Shown: positions 54,997-58,488 of the stretch, piece after piece
Layout: the number at the start of each line of letters is the position of its first letter
Position numbering within the stretch: position 1 is the stretch's first letter
Assembly (NCBI GenBank): GCA_964490895.1
Contig: CAZBEI010000111.1
Span: 1-58,488 of the forward strand
DNA length: 58,488 nucleotides
Source: an uncultured Bdellovibrio sp.
Lineage (GTDB): Bacteria; Bdellovibrionota; UBA1018
Reading direction: 5' to 3'
Made by a program: the position numbers and the translations under genes
Notes under the pieces: model-generated
The model's database searches: none
What the model saw: the letters and a program-made list of their open reading frames with translations, nothing else
Told to the model about the DNA's origin: nothing

Positions 54997-55968
54997 ATGG
55001 AACACTATTTTGTCACAGGAAGTGCAGGCTTCATTGGGTTTCACTTGGCCCAAAAGCTACTCGCGAAAGGGCATAAAGTCATTGGACTAGACAACCTCAA
55101 TCCATACTATTCCGTCAGCCTAAAAGAAGCTCGAAATTCTATTTTATTAGAAAATCATAATTATACCTTTTTTAAAAACGACCTCTGTGAAAAAGAGATT
55201 ATTAGAAAAATTTTTAGCCAGTATCCGATCAGAGCTGTTTTTCATATCGCCGCACAAGCTGGAGTACGTTATAGTTTAGAAAACCCAGAAGTTTACCTAA
55301 AGAGCAACATAGAGGGTACCCTTTGCATCCTAGAAGCTGTTCGTTTTATGAAAAACACTCCTCACATTTTCATGGCTTCTTCGAGTTCTGTTTATGGACT
55401 TACAAAAAACTACCCCTTTAAAGAAGAGGACCCTGCAAACGAGCCCATCAGTTTCTATGGAGCAACAAAGCGGGCAAACGAACTCATGGGGTATACTTAT
55501 TCGCATTTATTTGGTTTAAAAATTACAATGATGAGATTTTTTACCGTTTATGGTCCCTGGGGAAGACCCGACATGGCCCCCTTTAAGTTTGTGAAATCGG
55601 CCGTCGAAAACAAAGAAATTGAGGTATTTAACCAAGGAAATATGATTCGCGATTTTACTTATATAGATGACATTATTGATGGAATTTTAAGTTTAAATAA
55701 AGCCCGAATAAATGTTCAGTTGCCCCTTTTTGACATTTTTAACATCGGTTGCTCTAAGCCCAGAACCCTCATGGAATTTATTTCTAGCATAGAAACAGTT
55801 TTAGAAAAAAAAATAAAACAAAAGCTTCTTCCTGCTCAACCTGGAGATGTCGACAAAACTTATGCAGATATTACTAAAATAAATCAGTTTTGTGGTTACT
55901 CTCCAAAAGTTTCGCTTCAAGAGGGAATGCGAAGTTTTATCCATTGGTATCAAAATTTTTATAAATAA
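54997..55968 (+). CDS. NAD-dependent nucleotide-sugar epimerase (UDP-glucuronate 4-epimerase-like SDR)
   Basis: Motifs GSAGFIGFHL, SSSSVYG and YGATKRANE (YxxxK). ATG at 54997 preferred over TTG at 54976. Confidence 0.8.
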   Translation: MEHYFVTGSAGFIGFHLAQKLLAKGHKVIGLDNLNPYYSVSLKEARNSILLENHNYTFFKNDLCEKEIIRKIFSQYPIRAVFHIAAQAGVRYSLENPEVYLKSNIEGTLCILEAVRFMKNTPHIFMASSSSVYGLTKNYPFKEEDPANEPISFYGATKRANELMGYTYSHLFGLKITMMRFFTVYGPWGRPDMAPFKFVKSAVENKEIEVFNQGNMIRDFTYIDDIIDGILSLNKARINVQLPLFDIFNIGCSKPRTLMEFISSIETVLEKKIKQKLLPAQPGDVDKTYADITKINQFCGYSPKVSLQEGMRSFIHWYQNFYK

Positions 55969-56005
55969 ATGGCAGCTAAAATCCGAAGAGGAGTGACGGG
56001 GGCCT

Positions 56006-57022
56006 ATGGACATCACTCTAATTTTGCCTGTCTTCAATGAGCGTCAAAACCTACCTCCTCTTTTTAAAGAAATTGAAGATGTTTTAGTAAACTATTCAAA
56101 ATCATTCGAAATTATTGCTATAGACGATGGAAGCACCGACGGGAGCTCGCAGTACCTCCAAGAACTGGCTCTGAATAAACCTTATTTAAAAGTCATTTTT
56201 TTTCGAAAAAACAGCGGACAAACCGCAGCATTTGACGCTGGGTTCCGAATGGCAAGTGGTCAAATCATTGTCACTTTAGACTCAGATAGACAAAACGACC
56301 CCCACGACATCCCAAAAATGATTGCCCTGCTTGATCAAGGCTATGATTTTGTCGCAGGGTGGCGAAAAAACAGAAAAGACGGATTCTTTTTAAGGATTTT
56401 TCCGTCCCTCCTAGCAAACTGGTTTATTAGAACTATCACTGGGACAAAAATTCATGATCTGGGGTGTTCCCTCAAGGTTTATCGCAAGGAAATCACAGAT
56501 GAGCTCCGACTGCATGGCGAAATGCATAGATTCTTGGGTGTGCTGGTAGAAGGCCTCGGAGCAAAAGTGATTGAGTTTGAAGTTCATCATCGAACAAGAG
56601 TATCTGGAAAATCAAAATATGGAATTACTCGCACATTTAAAGTAATTTTAGACTTAATTACAGTTTGGTTTATGCAAAGTTACCGTTCAAAACCTATTTA
56701 TGTTTTTGGTGGAATTGGCCTTTTACTCCTCAACTGTGGTTTTTTTTCTTCCCTCTGGATTCTTTATCAAAAGTTTGAACTTGGAATATGGGTTCATAAA
56801 AACCCCCTCTTTAGCTTAGCTGTGATGTTTATTGTTTTAGGAGTACAGTTTTTAGGAATGGGTTTAATAGCAGAAATGATTATTCGCACTTATTTTGAAT
56901 CTCTCAATAAATATACTTATTCTATTGCTAGCTTTGTTGGATTTCCGAAAAACAAGTTGCCTTCAAATATTTATAATTTAAACCCTCTTCCTTCAAATAC
57001 TCGGATGAAAAAAACCATTTAA
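56006..57022 (+). CDS. GT2 polyprenyl-phosphate glycosyltransferase (GtrB/ArnC/Dpm1-like)
   Basis: Motifs DDGSTDGS and DSDRQNDP (DxD), plus two C-terminal TM helices. 338 aa. Confidence 0.85.
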   Translation: MDITLILPVFNERQNLPPLFKEIEDVLVNYSKSFEIIAIDDGSTDGSSQYLQELALNKPYLKVIFFRKNSGQTAAFDAGFRMASGQIIVTLDSDRQNDPHDIPKMIALLDQGYDFVAGWRKNRKDGFFLRIFPSLLANWFIRTITGTKIHDLGCSLKVYRKEITDELRLHGEMHRFLGVLVEGLGAKVIEFEVHHRTRVSGKSKYGITRTFKVILDLITVWFMQSYRSKPIYVFGGIGLLLLNCGFFSSLWILYQKFELGIWVHKNPLFSLAVMFIVLGVQFLGMGLIAEMIIRTYFESLNKYTYSIASFVGFPKNKLPSNIYNLNPLPSNTRMKKTI

Positions 57023-57028
57023 ACAAAT

Positions 57029-58488
57029 ATGTGTGGAATCGCAGGTTATATAAGCAGCCAAAACAAATGGGATTCTAAGTCTCTCATCGACTCTATGATG
57101 AATAAAATTTCGCATAGGGGACCTGACGGCTCCGGAAAGTGGGAATCTACATCTCACCCATGGAAAATTATTTTAGGACACCAACGCCTTTCCATTATTG
57201 ACCTTGAAGGTGGCGCTCAACCCATGCCCAACGAAGACGGCTCTCTCCGAATCACTTATAACGGTGAAATTTATAATTTTATTGAACTCAGAAAAAATCT
57301 AATCGAAAAAAATCACCACTTCAAAACTCGCAGCGACACTGAAGTTCTGATTCACCATTACGAAGAATTTGGCATAAAAGGGCTGGATCAGCTCAACGGC
57401 ATGTTTGCCTTTGCCCTTTGGGATCAAAAGGAGAGCCAACTTCTTCTCGCCAGAGATCGAGCTGGAATCAAGCCTCTCTATTATGCCCCACTTCCCTGTG
57501 GTGGCATCGCTTTCGCTTCTGAATTGACAGCAATTCTTTGCCATCCTGCTATTTCAAAAAAACTTTCTAACCAAGCACTACGTTCTTATTTTTTCAGTGA
57601 TTATATTTCACCTCCAGAAACAATGATTGAGGGGGTTCATAAACTTCAACCTGGACATTTTGTGATTTGGAAAAACGGCCTCCTATCTGTACCCACTTCT
57701 TATTGGAGCATCCAATCCATTCAACCCATGAAAAACAAGATAGACCCTGAGTTTTTAGCTTCGAAAACTTTAGGTGTTTTATCAGCTGCCGTAAAAAATC
57801 AAATGATTTCTGATGTTCCAATTGGGGTTTTCCTAAGTGGTGGAATTGATTCATCGACCATTGCGGCATTAGCACAACAACACTCTTCGGCACCAGTACT
57901 CACATTTTCCATTGGTTTTGAAGAAGCCTCTTTTGACGAGATCCATTTTGCTCGATTGCTTGCTAAGCACATCGGATCTCACCACATAGAAAAAACTTTA
58001 AACGAATCTATTTTACTGGACACGCTGCATGAAGCACTCAATCAACTGGACGAACCGTTGGCTGATCCCTCCTTTATTCCCACTTTTCTTCTTTCTGGAG
58101 TTGCATCAAAATACGTAAAAGTTGCGCTGGGTGGAGACGGAGCAGATGAGCTGTGGGCAGGATATCCAACTTATTTGGCCTATATTTATGGTAACTATTA
58201 TTCAAAACTTCCTCGCCTCATAAGAGATAAACTGATTTCCCCTTTAGTTTCCTCTCTACCCGTTCTCGACGCCTATCAAAGCTTTGAATGGAAAGCCAAA
58301 AGGTTTACACAACGGTGGGATGACAACACTTTTCTGCGGCATTTGAGATGGATGTCAAATTTAGACCTAGATGATTTGGACTTAGCTATCCCACATCACA
58401 ACACCCCTCCACATTCTCTTTCTTTAGCTCAACCCCTCTTCGAAGACGAACTCAATTCATTATTAGCTTTGGACTTTAGGACCTACTT
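57029..58488 (+). CDS. Asparagine synthase (glutamine-hydrolysing) family amidotransferase, 3'-truncated by the window end
   Basis: Not in the ORF track because there is no stop in the window. My translation from ATG 57029 gives MCGIAGY...HRGPDG...IIDLEGGAQPM...YNGEIYNF and the PP-loop FLSGGIDSS. The frame stays open to 58488. Confidence 0.9.
   Translation, partial: MCGIAGYISSQNKWDSKSLIDSMMNKISHRGPDGSGKWESTSHPWKIILGHQRLSIIDLEGGAQPMPNEDGSLRITYNGEIYNFIELRKNLIEKNHHFKTRSDTEVLIHHYEEFGIKGLDQLNGMFAFALWDQKESQLLLARDRAGIKPLYYAPLPCGGIAFASELTAILCHPAISKKLSNQALRSYFFSDYISPPETMIEGVHKLQPGHFVIWKNGLLSVPTSYWSIQSIQPMKNKIDPEFLASKTLGVLSAAVKNQMISDVPIGVFLSGGIDSSTIAALAQQHSSAPVLTFSIGFEEASFDEIHFARLLAKHIGSHHIEKTLNESILLDTLHEALNQLDEPLADPSFIPTFLLSGVASKYVKVALGGDGADELWAGYPTYLAYIYGNYYSKLPRLIRDKLISPLVSSLPVLDAYQSFEWKAKRFTQRWDDNTFLRHLRWMSNLDLDDLDLAIPHHNTPPHSLSLAQPLFEDELNSLLALDFRTY

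Noticed and set aside
57299-57893. Two minus-strand ORFs (81 and 99 aa) listed in the track
   Set aside because: They are antisense to an uninterrupted AsnB-type reading frame starting at 57029. That frame was missed by the track only because it has no stop in the window.

Overview
58.5-kb chromosomal window from a low-GC Gram-negative bacterium. Gene content and synteny look Bdellovibrionota / delta-proteobacteria-like, but I cannot verify taxonomy. All product calls come from reading motifs in the supplied translations; no searches were run. The window is dominated by very tightly packed housekeeping genes, mostly on the minus strand. These include rluD-pgeF, mutS2-rsfS-nadD-obg, tig, truA, asd, pssA-psd, tsaB, rseP-cdsA-uppS-frr-pyrH-tsf-rpsB, recJ-secF-secD-yajC-tgt, queA, accA-gmk-rel, ldcA and one tRNA-Leu(CAA). 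I saw no transposase, integrase, prophage or CRISPR array. The lineage-specific content is the part worth a second look. (1) A signal-peptide surface protein carrying a C-terminal CFIATAAF...FRD...YYxxSP module, plus an OM beta-barrel, is translationally wedged between asd and truA. (2) A polyprenyl-phosphate-type envelope glycosylation block sits at 50.9-58.5 kb (ligase-like protein, GT-C, membrane-anchored methyltransferase, UDP-GlcA-epimerase-like SDR, GtrB/ArnC-like GT2, AsnB-type amidotransferase). A eukaryote-like GT22 at 13.1 kb and a polyprenol-kinase-family gene behind a consensus sigma-54 promoter fit the same theme. (3) A deviant-Walker-A MinD/ParA ATPase is coupled to an HPD-less J-like domain fused to a RodZ-type HTH. 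(4) A secreted protein is built from about 9 two-cysteine repeats next to the tRNA. (5) There is a toxin-first RelE/XRE toxin-antitoxin pair and an orphan FHA-like sigma-54 activator. (6) Several repeat or regulatory DNA features stand out: a duplicated double-palindrome flanking an orphan secreted-protein cassette, an 11-mer direct-repeat array, and promoters positioned for leaderless mRNAs. None of these amounts to a proven new system; they are ranked hypotheses.
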